64,000 nucleotides of DNA. Origin: Nitrospirales bacterium. GTDB lineage: Bacteria; Nitrospirota; Nitrospiria; Nitrospirales; UBA8639. Positions 39,582 through 49,741 of this stretch are shown one piece after another. The notes below the pieces were generated by a model that saw only the letters and a program-made list of their open reading frames with translations, searched no databases and had not been told where the DNA came from. Position 1 is the stretch's first letter. Every line of letters begins with the position of its first letter. The stretch lies in the NCBI GenBank assembly GCA_963555755.3, contig OY820905.2, positions 1,280,001-1,344,000 of the forward strand, in the 5' to 3' direction. The position numbers were made by a program, and so were the translations under genes.

Positions 39582-40586
39582 ATGAATCCCTTTTCCGCTT
39601 TTGGCCCTCGCTTCTTGGTGGGTGTGTTGTTGGGTGTATTCCTATTGGTTTGCCTATTGGGAACCAGCCGCCTACTCCCTACTCCTTTTGGAGCTGTGGC
39701 CGCTGTATCTGGTGAATCGATGGTTGTCGCCCTGAGAAGTCGAACACTGCCCAAGCCAGGCCATGTCGCCCATTTGTATGTCTTCGGTCCAGGCGAGAGG
39801 CAAAAAACAATTGGAACGGTTGACCATATAACCGGCAGCCAGGTCACGGTGAAACTCACAGCTCGCTTTATACGTCCAAAATATAAATTCATGGTGTTGT
39901 TTGAAGATGATCGTTTCGCCATGTCGCTAAAACCATCACTGAAAATCCCCGAACCTATTCGACATCCCTTGAAAGCAACGGTACCAGCGGAACAGGACTT
40001 AATTCGTGCAGCCACTACTGATGATGTGGAGACAACTAATACTGCCCTCGGGGAAATAATCAACATAGACGCGTCGGGGGCTGATGGTGGCTGGCCATTA
40101 GCCATTGCGGCCCGGCACGGACACACTAATGTTGCTGAACTCTTATTGCGCCATGGTGCCGACCCCAATCTGATTGATCAGAAGACGGGTCTCACCCCTC
40201 TCAAACTTGCCGCAAGCTGGGGACGAAAAAAAGCAACGCGGCTACTCATCGAACATGGGGCAGATGCGAATTTTCAGGGTCCCGTGAATAACAATTGGAA
40301 TACAGGCTGGTCGCCACTCCATTACGCGGCTTCCGGAGAGCACATCGAAGTCATCAATGTTCTGCTAGACATGGACGCCGATCCCAATCTTCAAAACGCA
40401 ATAGGTAACACCGCCCTACACACCGCTGCGGAAAAAGGAAGATTAAAAGTTTTTCAAATCCTTCTCCAATCCGGCGGCAATCCCACCCTTAAGAATGATG
40501 AAGGCCAAATTGCTTTGGATATGGTTTCCTCAACAAAACGAAGCCAATTCGAAGCCGCACTTCTCAAATCAAGACCATCCTCCTGA
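39582..40586 (+). CDS. Ankyrin repeat protein with N-terminal TM/signal
   Basis: WPLAIAA, TPLKLAA, SPLHYAA, TALHTAA with GADPN linkers. Confidence 0.88.
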   Translation: MNPFSAFGPRFLVGVLLGVFLLVCLLGTSRLLPTPFGAVAAVSGESMVVALRSRTLPKPGHVAHLYVFGPGERQKTIGTVDHITGSQVTVKLTARFIRPKYKFMVLFEDDRFAMSLKPSLKIPEPIRHPLKATVPAEQDLIRAATTDDVETTNTALGEIINIDASGADGGWPLAIAARHGHTNVAELLLRHGADPNLIDQKTGLTPLKLAASWGRKKATRLLIEHGADANFQGPVNNNWNTGWSPLHYAASGEHIEVINVLLDMDADPNLQNAIGNTALHTAAEKGRLKVFQILLQSGGNPTLKNDEGQIALDMVSSTKRSQFEAALLKSRPSS

Positions 40587-40604
40587 GCTGGAATTTCCCA
40601 GAAA

Positions 40605-41516
40605 ATGATTAACGGAAAAAACTACTACCAAATCCTAGGCGTTCCTGAAGATGCGCTCCTCAAGGAGGTACAGAATGGATGGCGGAATTATGTCAAGGAA
40701 AATCATGAGGATCTCGTACCGCAATGGGAACGGCCAGCCGCAAAGGAAAGAATGTTCACGATCAACGAAGCCTATGCAGAGCTCAGTAACGAAGAAAAGC
40801 GGGCTGATTACGATAATGGGCATATGCTGAACGGCGGCTCAAAAATAGAACTGGTAAGGAGCAGAGTCCGAAAAGCCAAAGAAATCATTCAAAAAAATAT
40901 CTCTCTCGTTACCCAAGAAGATATTAAAATGATCGAGTCCATCATCGATTACCTTGATAGAAAAACCCAGGAATCGTGTTTTAACCGGATGATTGATATT
41001 TTATGCAAACGCCCTGAGGTCGCAAGATATACTGTTTCCCTAGCATTTGACGAGCAGCTGTATAGCGTGAACACCACGTTGTTTAATACGCTCCTAGAAA
41101 AAGCCTCGTACGCCATTACATTTGAAAAGGTCTATCTCTATGGAGAAGAGATAATTGGAGTTGGCGGAAAGGAGAACAAGGAAAGAAATTACAACCAACT
41201 TGCCCGTGTGCTGTGCCACCGGCTGGATTTGGCACAATACTTTGTATACCCGGCATTTCAGGAGCAAGCCTCCGGTTGTGAAAGCGGCTTGCTTCGAACG
41301 TTGCTAGAGGTAGCACCGGAGGTCATGACACAAGATGATTTCGACAACTATGTTAATTCAGTAAACGACATACGCTGGCATATCCACAGCCAGCTAAGAA
41401 GCTACAACGAGCAAGCCATAGTCTGGATTCTTGATGCGAGACCAGATCTCACAAGAAAGCCAGAGAAGAAAAAACAAAAATTGGAACTGCCATTCCCATT
41501 ACGGTCAGGATCCTGA
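40605..41516 (+). CDS. J-domain-like protein
   Basis: NYYQILGV ... INEAYAELSNEEKRADYD; HED instead of HPD. Confidence 0.8.
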   Translation: MINGKNYYQILGVPEDALLKEVQNGWRNYVKENHEDLVPQWERPAAKERMFTINEAYAELSNEEKRADYDNGHMLNGGSKIELVRSRVRKAKEIIQKNISLVTQEDIKMIESIIDYLDRKTQESCFNRMIDILCKRPEVARYTVSLAFDEQLYSVNTTLFNTLLEKASYAITFEKVYLYGEEIIGVGGKENKERNYNQLARVLCHRLDLAQYFVYPAFQEQASGCESGLLRTLLEVAPEVMTQDDFDNYVNSVNDIRWHIHSQLRSYNEQAIVWILDARPDLTRKPEKKKQKLELPFPLRSGS

Positions 41517-41570
41517 AGGCAATATTTTTCAACTTCGCGCACTGACCGGGTCGCCTGATGATCCAGAAGC

Positions 41571-41653
41571 AAATGGGGTCGGATTCGATTAAATGGCGGA
41601 CGGCGACCATCTTTAGCCAGAATTGCTATTTTTAATCGAGTCTGACCCCATTT
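41571..41653. repeat. REPIN made of the RAYT-flanking motif
   Basis: AAATGGGGTCGGATTCGATTAAA ... TTTAATCGAGTCTGACCCCATTT. Confidence 0.75.
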
Positions 41654-41737
41654 TATCCCTTCGTGTTGTCTACGATGCAGGGAGAATAGTCCGAGAGCAA
41701 AGAGAACGCAAACCGTCGATGCAGTGGTTTTACTGAC

Positions 41738-43705
41738 TCACATCGCCTGCTGGGAAATGCGAATGACGCCTTCCCAAACGGGAAGTATCCGTTCATGAGA
41801 AATGAGTCGAACCTTGTAGACATGTGATGCTATCCGTTCCACGTACACCTTCTCCACGCCGACCCCCTGGTCATGATGATCAAGAATGGTACCGTCGGCA
41901 TCGTAGGCTAACCCATAGAGCAGCGGGTCCTGGTAGACATTATGGTTGTAGGTGGTAATCAGTGGCTGGGCACCGATACCCAATAAGAACTGGATGGACT
42001 CCCCCACCTTCAACGTGAAGTTCCCGAGGATGAAGTTCACGCCATCAGCCCTGTCCACATCATTCGTGAGGCGAAGTTCAACATACCCACTGCCCCACTG
42101 ACGGAACTCAAACCCTGTGAGGTTGCGCAGATACTTGTAATTGAAATACCACCGACCCTCTTCTCGTTCTTTCCCGAATGTTCTCTGATCGCTGTGACCA
42201 GCGTACACCCCGTTGAGGTCAAATTCCGACAGGAACACATCATAGCGGTGGACGTCTGCATACGTTCGGAAATGGTGCGGCACGACCTTTCCGTCATTCT
42301 CGCTGTCGGTCCAATACACCATCGGCCGCACGTGGACCGGTGGTTCAAACCCGGTGGGAATGGGAAGAGCCGGGTCGACGCGAACATAGGTAAGCGGATC
42401 CAGGCCGTGATGGTGGCGATACTCGGATTTGTGTCTGATCTCCAATTCGTACTGCCGAAATGGGATACTCCGACGGTGCACGTCTATCTCTCCGGCAATG
42501 AGCGTACTGTTGGCAAGGGCCTCGCTGCCGGTCGCACGAATCGGTGCAAGTCCTTCGATCGAGACCTCTGGCAACGATTTGATCCAATTCCACGGGAGCA
42601 AGCTGTCCCAGTAACGAGGCCAGGCAAGGCCTCGCACGTCGCTGGAGATTTGAAAGCCCGTGCCCTGCTTACCAATGCCAAAACCATGGAAACGGGTGAG
42701 CATATGACTGTAAAGTTCGTAATGAAAATTAAAATTGGCTCGAAAAAGCGGCCGGCTCAACGCATCCCGCACTTCAACTTCGTAATTGCCGGGTTCACGA
42801 CAATTGTTGGTTATGGTGAGACTCACGATCCTTCGCACGGTGGTAAGATTCATGACCGTGTTGGCCAAGCGTTCGAGGACGGCCCTTCTCTGAAGGATGG
42901 CACCCCTGGTGTCTGCATGGGTTCCGTGTGACTCGATGGCAATTTGCAAGTTGCGATACACCGTTTCCAGTCGGGGAGAGTCTGAACGCTGAAGCTCTCG
43001 GAGCGCACGCTTGAGGGGTGGCAGATCATGAGTATCAACAGGATCGTGGTTGTCAATCAATTGGGCGATGCCCTGACGAAGCGCATGGAGGAGCCGCACG
43101 TCATACGCCAAAGATCGTTCTTCTGCACTCCCTGTCCTAGAAGCCGGGTACACAATCTTGGCCTTGCGGGAAAATTCTGAAAAATAGGCTTGAAGGCTGA
43201 CAAGGTCCTGATCGTCCGAAACCGGGGACAGGGATTGGTGAAGAAATTTTCGAATGTCCAGACCGGGGACAAGAATGGCGGGAGAATCCCCGGAGTTGGG
43301 ATCACCATGGAAGTACAGGTCAAAGACGAAAGGTGAGATGTCGGGGTCCTCCTTCCATGCGAGAGTGACCCATTTTATACGGTCCAATCTCTCGTCATGA
43401 ACCTTGTAGGTATACACAAGGGGCTGGTGATGCAAGGGATAGGTCAGGCTTTCCAAGTAGAATGAAGAACTTCCCTCCCGAGATTGGGATGGGATACCTT
43501 CCACGCTAATAATTTGAAAGTCGGCCTTCGCGGAAAAACCCTCACGGATATTTTCCGTGAAGCGCTCTCGTGATGAGGTAGAGCTCGTCTCTTCCGCTAT
43601 GCCGGGGGTGACGAATGTCAAGAAGCACAGAGCAACAATGGCGAGCATCATTCTGAATATGGTGCTTCGCGCACTCGCTGTTCTTGGCTTTGATGGTTTC
43701 GACAT
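41738..43705 (-). CDS. Large exported hypothetical protein (about 650 aa)
   Basis: Long ORF with signal-like segment; no recognisable family; start uncertain. Confidence 0.7.
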   Translation of the reverse strand: MSKPSKPRTASARSTIFRMMLAIVALCFLTFVTPGIAEETSSTSSRERFTENIREGFSAKADFQIISVEGIPSQSREGSSSFYLESLTYPLHHQPLVYTYKVHDERLDRIKWVTLAWKEDPDISPFVFDLYFHGDPNSGDSPAILVPGLDIRKFLHQSLSPVSDDQDLVSLQAYFSEFSRKAKIVYPASRTGSAEERSLAYDVRLLHALRQGIAQLIDNHDPVDTHDLPPLKRALRELQRSDSPRLETVYRNLQIAIESHGTHADTRGAILQRRAVLERLANTVMNLTTVRRIVSLTITNNCREPGNYEVEVRDALSRPLFRANFNFHYELYSHMLTRFHGFGIGKQGTGFQISSDVRGLAWPRYWDSLLPWNWIKSLPEVSIEGLAPIRATGSEALANSTLIAGEIDVHRRSIPFRQYELEIRHKSEYRHHHGLDPLTYVRVDPALPIPTGFEPPVHVRPMVYWTDSENDGKVVPHHFRTYADVHRYDVFLSEFDLNGVYAGHSDQRTFGKEREEGRWYFNYKYLRNLTGFEFRQWGSGYVELRLTNDVDRADGVNFILGNFTLKVGESIQFLLGIGAQPLITTYNHNVYQDPLLYGLAYDADGTILDHHDQGVGVEKVYVERIASHVYKVRLISHERILPVWEGVIRISQQAM

Positions 43706-43897
43706 CTTGAAAACCTTCATTTTGACCAAACAAAAAGGAACCCAAGCGGCAGCGCAGTGTCAATTCGTAATCCAGGCATCGGTCTCGTTTCCATCCTGTG
43801 AGAAGGGCCGTTTCAGCCCTTGGCCAAAGATTGCCACACAGTGGGGGATGTGAGTGGTGTGAAGGCCACGGAGTGTTGTTGTCGCTGCCGCCTTTGT

Positions 43898-44027
43898 GTT
43901 CCACGCCATGTCGACGCCAATAGTGGTACGCTTCATGATGACTCCTCCTTTTGGTTGGAAGCTGGCGGTTTGGTATTCCAGCTTGTCACAGTCGATCCCG
44001 TCCTAAAAGGAGGAGCCCATACCATTA
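43898..44027 (-). mobile_element. IS110/IS1111-like left-end stub
   Basis: TAATGGTATGGGCTCCTCC end, AGGAGG RBS, then MKRTTIGVDMA resembling the start of IS110 transposases; similarity is lost after about 13 codons. Confidence 0.55.
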
Positions 44028-44102
44028 TGCCCGTGAAGAAACGTCACCCCCGTGAGGATAGTAAATATAGACGCCCCCCTTTCTAATAGAGAGAAGGGTT
44101 AC

Positions 44103-45541
44103 GAGGCAAGCCCACAGTTAGTTGAAATTCTCCACGGCTCCGAGGTTCATATTAGGCAACCTTCTTCATCGAGGTCTTCCCAATGTTTAACTCTTGTTGC
44201 AGTGCCTCACGCAAGCGTGGCAAGTGCCGATAGCCCTTGACTCTGCGGAGCCGTGGCTCGATATCCAGCAACGCCGCGGCCAACCACCGCTGCCGCTGAT
44301 TCGAGTTCGTCCAGCGATCCACCTTGGCACACCGCTCTTCCACCAAGGCATTGATGGATTCCAGACAATTCGTCGTTTTGAAGGACAGACCTACCAGAGC
44401 ACCCCCCCCCAGCCGATGCAACGTCAACGTGTCCTCCAGACCTTCCGCCAAACTCCGAGCCGCCGATTGGTTGCGGTCCTCCAGTTTCGTCTGCAGGTGC
44501 GTGAGTGCGGCTCTCGCTTCCGCATAGGTCGGGCGCTGATACGCCCGTTGAAGCCGGCGTCGCCACGTGGCCTGGTCGCCTTTCGGTACATGGCTGACGA
44601 CATTCTCCCGTTTGTGCCACTGGCACCGCTGCCCCAAGGCTGAGTGGCCAAAGACGTGGCGCACGGCCGCTCGCAGGCCTTTGCCCCCATCAATGATGAC
44701 CACCAACCCCTGGGAACTGGTGAGGCCGCGCTCCCCCAACTCCTGAAGAAAGGGCGTGAGGCCTTGCTCATTTTCCGTTCCCGTTTCCACAAACCCCAGG
44801 ACGTGTTTCTCGCCCGTGAGCGTGATCCCGATCGCCACGACCATCGTCATGTCGGCAACGGTCTTGCCATCGAGAAAGATGGCGACGATGTCTCGCTCAC
44901 GGCGGTCGCGTTCCTGCAGTCCCTTGAGTTGCTTGGCGCTGGCATCCGTAAAACTCCGCGACACCGTCGCGCTTGACAAGCCAATCGCCCCAGGGACTGC
45001 GGCCGCCGCCGCCTCATAGTTCCGGCAGGAAATCCCATACAGCACGCGTTTGAGCCGGACCTCATCCAGCTTACCTGTCCCACGGAGGTGGGGCAGGCGC
45101 TGTAAGGCCATTTCGCCACCCCCCACGTACTGAACGCGAGGAATCGGCAACGGATGCCGTTGCCCCGCCAGCCGGACATTCCCGGGATTACTCCCATGCC
45201 GGCGGCCAGGCAGCCGAGCCCCCTTCCGTTCATCCCGGACCCCGGCCACCGCACACACTTCGTCCTCTAAGAGCTCCTGAATCCGCATCAGATCCAAGGG
45301 GATGAGGGCCTGAATACATTCCACCTTGCTGTTCACATCGAAGGCCTCATACTGCTCGGGCCGAATCACCCGCACGGCCCCCAAGCGGCGCGTCTTCTTG
45401 CTTCTCGTTGTCGTTTTCGCAATACTGCGCATGAAGTGGCTCCTTTTTTTCTGTTGCTGAGATGTCGATTCTTCGTCGAACGCCATCTCACCACAGGTGG
45501 GGGAGCCGCTTCAAATTTCAACTAACATTAGCACACACTCC
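44103..45541 (-). mobile_element. IS256 family insertion sequence
   Basis: Sub-terminal inverted GTTAGTTGAAATT at both ends around the transposase; no clear TSD. Confidence 0.75.
44152..45432 (-). CDS. IS256 family (Mutator-like) DDE transposase
   Basis: IFLDG, IIDGGKGL, QRCQWH, TTNCLESIN. Confidence 0.88.
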   Translation of the reverse strand: MRSIAKTTTRSKKTRRLGAVRVIRPEQYEAFDVNSKVECIQALIPLDLMRIQELLEDEVCAVAGVRDERKGARLPGRRHGSNPGNVRLAGQRHPLPIPRVQYVGGGEMALQRLPHLRGTGKLDEVRLKRVLYGISCRNYEAAAAAVPGAIGLSSATVSRSFTDASAKQLKGLQERDRRERDIVAIFLDGKTVADMTMVVAIGITLTGEKHVLGFVETGTENEQGLTPFLQELGERGLTSSQGLVVIIDGGKGLRAAVRHVFGHSALGQRCQWHKRENVVSHVPKGDQATWRRRLQRAYQRPTYAEARAALTHLQTKLEDRNQSAARSLAEGLEDTLTLHRLGGGALVGLSFKTTNCLESINALVEERCAKVDRWTNSNQRQRWLAAALLDIEPRLRRVKGYRHLPRLREALQQELNIGKTSMKKVA

Positions 45542-45910
45542 CTTAGCTTAAAATACTTGGCCTTTTCAAGTTTCTCAGGTTTTGTTTCAGGGTTTCAAGG
45601 GTCGAAAGAATTTTCATGCTAAAGCGTCACTAAAGAGTACCTAAGTAAGAAAATACCCCACCTTTTGCGCAAATTACGATTGATTGATTCCTGCTGATTC
45701 GAGAAACTCAGCTAACAGCATTTCACCAGGATGAAATGGATTTTGGGGTTGTTTCTTTGCCATCCTTCGTTCACCAGTCTATTTGTGATAATGGGGCCTG
45801 TTGAAAAAGTCCGCGATTCGGAATCTTTTCAAAACCAGCATTTGAGAAACAATTGAAGATGCATTTTTTTATTTTTGGCCAGAGACCAAACACAGCAGCA
45901 ATTTACCATG

Positions 45911-45930
45911 TGGTATCATATATAATACCA
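45911..45930. promoter_or_regulatory. Probable TA operator/promoter
   Basis: TGGTAT-N8-ATACCA inverted repeat overlapping TATAAT just before the toxin ATG. Confidence 0.5.
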
Positions 45931-45936
45931 TGAGCG

Positions 45937-46359
45937 ATGCCTCCAGTTGTCTTGGATACCAATATACTCGTCACAGCTCTAAGGTCCAATCTCGGGGCTT
46001 CCTTTCAGGTCTTGTCCGCTGTGGGGACTGGAAAATTCGACATTACCCTTTCTGTGCCTCTTCTTCTAGAGTATGAAGAATTTTTATTGCGGGAAAGCTA
46101 TCATCTCAAACTCTCAAAAAATGACATACAAGACCTTCTGGATTACCTCTGTCGCGTCGCATTTCATCAGGATATCTTTTATCTATGGCGCCCAATATTA
46201 CCAGACCCACAAGACGATCACATTTTAGAACTTGCCATCGCAGCCGGATGCCATACCATTATCACCTATAACCGTCGAGACTTTGTGGGAGTGGAAAAAT
46301 TTGGCCTAAAAATTCTGACTCCCGCAGAGTTCCTCGCAAGCCTGGGAGAACTGAAATGA
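45937..46359 (+). CDS. PIN domain toxin
   Basis: VVLDTNIL, EYEE, DPQDDHILELA, TYNRRDF. Confidence 0.9.
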   Translation: MPPVVLDTNILVTALRSNLGASFQVLSAVGTGKFDITLSVPLLLEYEEFLLRESYHLKLSKNDIQDLLDYLCRVAFHQDIFYLWRPILPDPQDDHILELAIAAGCHTIITYNRRDFVGVEKFGLKILTPAEFLASLGELK

Positions 46360-46634
46360 GCACCTTGAGCTTGAGACTTCCCACCTCCCTCCATAATAAA
46401 TTAAGCGAACTGGCCAAAAAAGAGGGGATCTCCATCAACCAGATTATTAATTCTGCCGTCGCTGAAAAAATGTCAGCCCTCATGACCGCAGAATATTTAC
46501 AAGAACGTGCCAAGCGGGGAAATCGCAAGAAATTCGATGCGGTACTTGCCAAAATCCCGCGTTCGAAGCCAGACGAACTGGACCATCTGACAAAAACCTC
46601 ACCTCGTAAACGGCCCAGACGAATGAGCAGCTAG
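46356..46634 (+). CDS. RHH antitoxin (HicB-like C-terminal type)
   Basis: LSLRLPTSLH..LAKKEGISINQ; ATGA overlap with the toxin. Confidence 0.85.
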   Translation: MSTLSLRLPTSLHNKLSELAKKEGISINQIINSAVAEKMSALMTAEYLQERAKRGNRKKFDAVLAKIPRSKPDELDHLTKTSPRKRPRRMSS

Positions 46635-46696
46635 AATCTTTTAAATAAAGATCCCAGCCACAAGCAACAGGGTATTTTAAGGAAACCCTTTGATTT

Positions 46697-46778
46697 AAAA
46701 ATCCCCCTAACCCCCTTTTCCAAAGGGGGGACTTCAATGGTAACCCCGTCGCAAAGCATCGGGAAATAACGAGATTCA
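46697..46778. repeat. Extended family D repeat, direct copy of 48901-48982
   Basis: About 82 bp shared, ending ATAACGAGATTCA. Confidence 0.8.
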
Positions 46779-46857
46779 CAAGAACGATCTGTTAAAAAAT
46801 GACGATACCCATTTATTCCAGTGGTCCCAATCAAAGACACCGGAATTTTCTCCACCG

Positions 46858-47934
46858 TTAACTCAACGCCACGGCTTTGAAGTGGGCGTGGACTTTCTGG
46901 CCTGGTTGGAGGTCAAGTTGGTGATAGGATTTTCTGGTGATCATGGCTAGGAGGGGGCAGCCCACGTCTAGTTTTACTTCCATGGCGTATTGATCTCTTG
47001 GGGACTCTTCGATTTCGACCACTGTTGCTTCTAAAGAATTTAGCACGCTGCTGGATGCAGCTGGTACGCCGACGACAAGACTGACATCTCGGGCGTGAAT
47101 TTGTATTCGTAACGGTGCTCCCACAGGAAGTTCCTGTTTTGGGATGAAGAGTGATCGCCCTGCAAATTCCACTCGGGTTAGGCCAAACTCTGGCTCATGA
47201 TCGGCAATCCGGGTTTCGAGGATTGCCCCGACTATATTGGGTTCGACCAAACCTGGCAGGTCCAAGCGAGCAAAGACTTCTTGAATCGGTCCGGTGGCCA
47301 CGACTTTCCCTTCTTTGATTAAGACCATGTGATTGGCCAGTTGTAAAATCTCGTTGAGATCGTGGCTGACATAGAGAACCGGGATTTGTAATTCCTGATT
47401 CAGCCGCTGGATAAATGGAAGAATTTCCTTCTTCCGTTCTTGATCAAGTGAAGCCAGCGGTTCATCCATCAAGAGGAGTTGCGGACTGGTTAACAGTGCC
47501 CGCCCAATGGCCACACGCTGCTGTTCCCCGCCTGAGAGATGATGTGATCGGTGCTCGAGGAGCCTTTCCAGACCTAACAACCCAACAACTTGATCGAAGG
47601 CAATACGGCGATCCAATGCTTGGATCCGCTTCATTCCATATTCGAGATTCTGTTTGGCGTTGAGATGCGGAAACAGTCGAGCATCCTGGAACACCACGCC
47701 TACCCGTCTTTGTTGGATGGGCACAAACGTGTGTTCATCTTGCCAAATGTCTTGGCCGAACTTGAGATACCCCGACGACGCGCGCATCAATCCAGCAATG
47801 CAACGTAGCAGCGTGGTCTTTCCACTCCCTGACGCCCCAAAGATGGCAACTGTTCCATCAAGCGGCATGATGCAATCCACATCAAAGTGAAAGCCGGGAT
47901 AATTAATTTTAAATCGTGCGTCGAGTTGGCTCAT
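46858..47934 (-). CDS. modC: Molybdate ABC transporter ATP-binding protein
   Basis: GASGSGKTT, LSGGEQQRVAIGRALL, MDEP, C-terminal TOBE. Confidence 0.95.
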   Translation of the reverse strand: MSQLDARFKINYPGFHFDVDCIMPLDGTVAIFGASGSGKTTLLRCIAGLMRASSGYLKFGQDIWQDEHTFVPIQQRRVGVVFQDARLFPHLNAKQNLEYGMKRIQALDRRIAFDQVVGLLGLERLLEHRSHHLSGGEQQRVAIGRALLTSPQLLLMDEPLASLDQERKKEILPFIQRLNQELQIPVLYVSHDLNEILQLANHMVLIKEGKVVATGPIQEVFARLDLPGLVEPNIVGAILETRIADHEPEFGLTRVEFAGRSLFIPKQELPVGAPLRIQIHARDVSLVVGVPAASSSVLNSLEATVVEIEESPRDQYAMEVKLDVGCPLLAMITRKSYHQLDLQPGQKVHAHFKAVALS

Positions 47935-48614
47935 GAGACATGTATGGGCAACCGTCGATTGACCGTGTACACGATCGTGAGAATGATGAAACTGAAAATC
48001 AAAAGGAATGCCGAAAGAAAGTGCGCTTGGGAATATTCAAGCACTTCGACGTGATCGTAGATTGCAATGGAGAGGACTTTAGTCACGCCCGGGATATTGC
48101 CACCGACCATGAGAACCACACCAAACTCACCGAGCGTATGGGCGAAGCCTAATACAATAGCGCTCAAATATCCTCGAATGGCCATGGGGGAGGCCACACT
48201 GAAAAATGCATCGAGTTTTGAGGCGCCCAGCGCCCAGGCTGCTTCCAGGGGATTTTTCCCAACAGCTTCGAAAGCCCCATGCAGGGGTTGAACGACGAAG
48301 GGAAGCGAATAGAACGCCGAGGCGATAACCAGCCCAGTAAAGGTAAAGGAGAGCGGTGATCCCGTGAGATCCATCCATGGCCCACCAATCCAGCCCAGTG
48401 GCCCAAGTGCAATCAGAAGGTAAAATCCCAAAACGGTCGGGGGAAGAACGATGGGCAACGCCACCACGGCTTCGACCAAGGTTCTCAACCGCGACTTGGT
48501 GAAGGCTAGCCACCATGCCAGGGGTGTGCCGACAACCAACAACACGCCGACTGTCACCGCTGCGAGTTGCATGGTTAACCACAAGGGATTCCAATCCATT
48601 TCGGGCATGCTCAT
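47931..48614 (-). CDS. modB: Molybdate ABC transporter permease
   Basis: LPIVLPPTVLGFYLL, FAHTLGEFG. Confidence 0.95.
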   Translation of the reverse strand: MSMPEMDWNPLWLTMQLAAVTVGVLLVVGTPLAWWLAFTKSRLRTLVEAVVALPIVLPPTVLGFYLLIALGPLGWIGGPWMDLTGSPLSFTFTGLVIASAFYSLPFVVQPLHGAFEAVGKNPLEAAWALGASKLDAFFSVASPMAIRGYLSAIVLGFAHTLGEFGVVLMVGGNIPGVTKVLSIAIYDHVEVLEYSQAHFLSAFLLIFSFIILTIVYTVNRRLPIHVS

Positions 48615-48697
48615 CTTTCCCCTCCTGGCTTTTCCTTATCGAGAATTTCGCAGCAGGAGATTTCTCTCTTTTCTCCGGCGCACGGCTTAAAAGACAA

Positions 48698-48733
48698 CCC
48701 CTCACCCCAGCCCTCTCCCCTCAGGGGCGAGGA
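48698..48733. repeat. REP-like CCCCTCACCCCAGCCCTCTCCCC..GGGGCGAGG
   Basis: GC-rich hairpin between modA and modB; single copy in the window. Confidence 0.5.
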
Positions 48734-48900
48734 AGAATTAAGGGCATAGGGCCAGCCTATACATACTCTAAAGGCCAAATAATGTTGAACAGTTTTCATA
48801 ACAGCCACTCCCGCATCCTCCTACCCACAGGGAATTTCCTCCCCTCGCCCCAATAAAGGTCCCGCATCAAGCAGCGGGAAATTTAAAGGAAAAAATGATT

Positions 48901-48982
48901 AAAAATCCCCCTAACCCCCTTTTCCAAAGGGGGGACCTCAATGGTTACCCCGTCGCAGAGCACCGGGGAATAACGAGATTCA
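48901..48982. repeat. Extended family D repeat overlapping the modA stop
   Basis: Direct repeat of 46697-46778. Confidence 0.8.
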
Positions 48983-49741
48983 TTCCAATCCATATCCGAA
49001 CCGTTCAATAATTTTGCGAGCTTTTGTTCCTGTGACAAAGGCTAAGAAAGCCTTGGCGGCTTGGTTGTGTTGACCTCTGACAAGGAGCACGGCTTGTTGG
49101 CGCACCGGAGCATGCAGATTCACTGGCACATCCCAGCGACTCCCCGCCCCATTGATTTTTGGATCTAACACTTGAGAAAGGGCAACAAACCCCAGTTGGG
49201 CATTTTGGGAAAAAACAAATTGGAAAGTCTGCCCGATATTTTCGCCTCGGACAATTCGACTCTTCATGTGATTCCAAAGTCCTAATGCTTGTAGCGTGGT
49301 TTTGGCAGCGGTACCATACGGCGCAGTCTTGGGATTGGCAATGGCCAGATGGGTAAAGCTGCCATTCGATAGCACGAGTTTTCCCTCCCCTGTAACCAGG
49401 TTGGAATCAGGACTCCACAACGTCAATCGTCCCACCGCGTAGGTAAACCGACTGCCTTCAACCGCGAGCCCTTCCTCTTCCATCAATCTTGGACGCCTGC
49501 CATCGGCAGATAAGAACACATCGAATGGAGCGCCATTCCTAATTTGTGCATACAGTTTTCCGCTGGACCCTGAGCTGACGACAGCGGTGTGCCCTGTGTC
49601 TCGATCAAAATTGACAACAATTTCATGCAGAGTCGCCAAAAAATTGGTTGCGACAGCGACACGTACCTCTTCCGCTGACGCTGAGGCCAGAAAGATATTG
49701 AAAAAGAAAATGAAAGCAAAAGTATGTATTTTCATAATCAT
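48980..49741 (-). CDS. modA: Molybdate ABC transporter substrate-binding protein
   Basis: Signal peptide; GSSGKLYAQI.NGAPFDVFLSA; ANPKTAPYG. Confidence 0.95.
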   Translation of the reverse strand: MIMKIHTFAFIFFFNIFLASASAEEVRVAVATNFLATLHEIVVNFDRDTGHTAVVSSGSSGKLYAQIRNGAPFDVFLSADGRRPRLMEEEGLAVEGSRFTYAVGRLTLWSPDSNLVTGEGKLVLSNGSFTHLAIANPKTAPYGTAAKTTLQALGLWNHMKSRIVRGENIGQTFQFVFSQNAQLGFVALSQVLDPKINGAGSRWDVPVNLHAPVRQQAVLLVRGQHNQAAKAFLAFVTGTKARKIIERFGYGLE

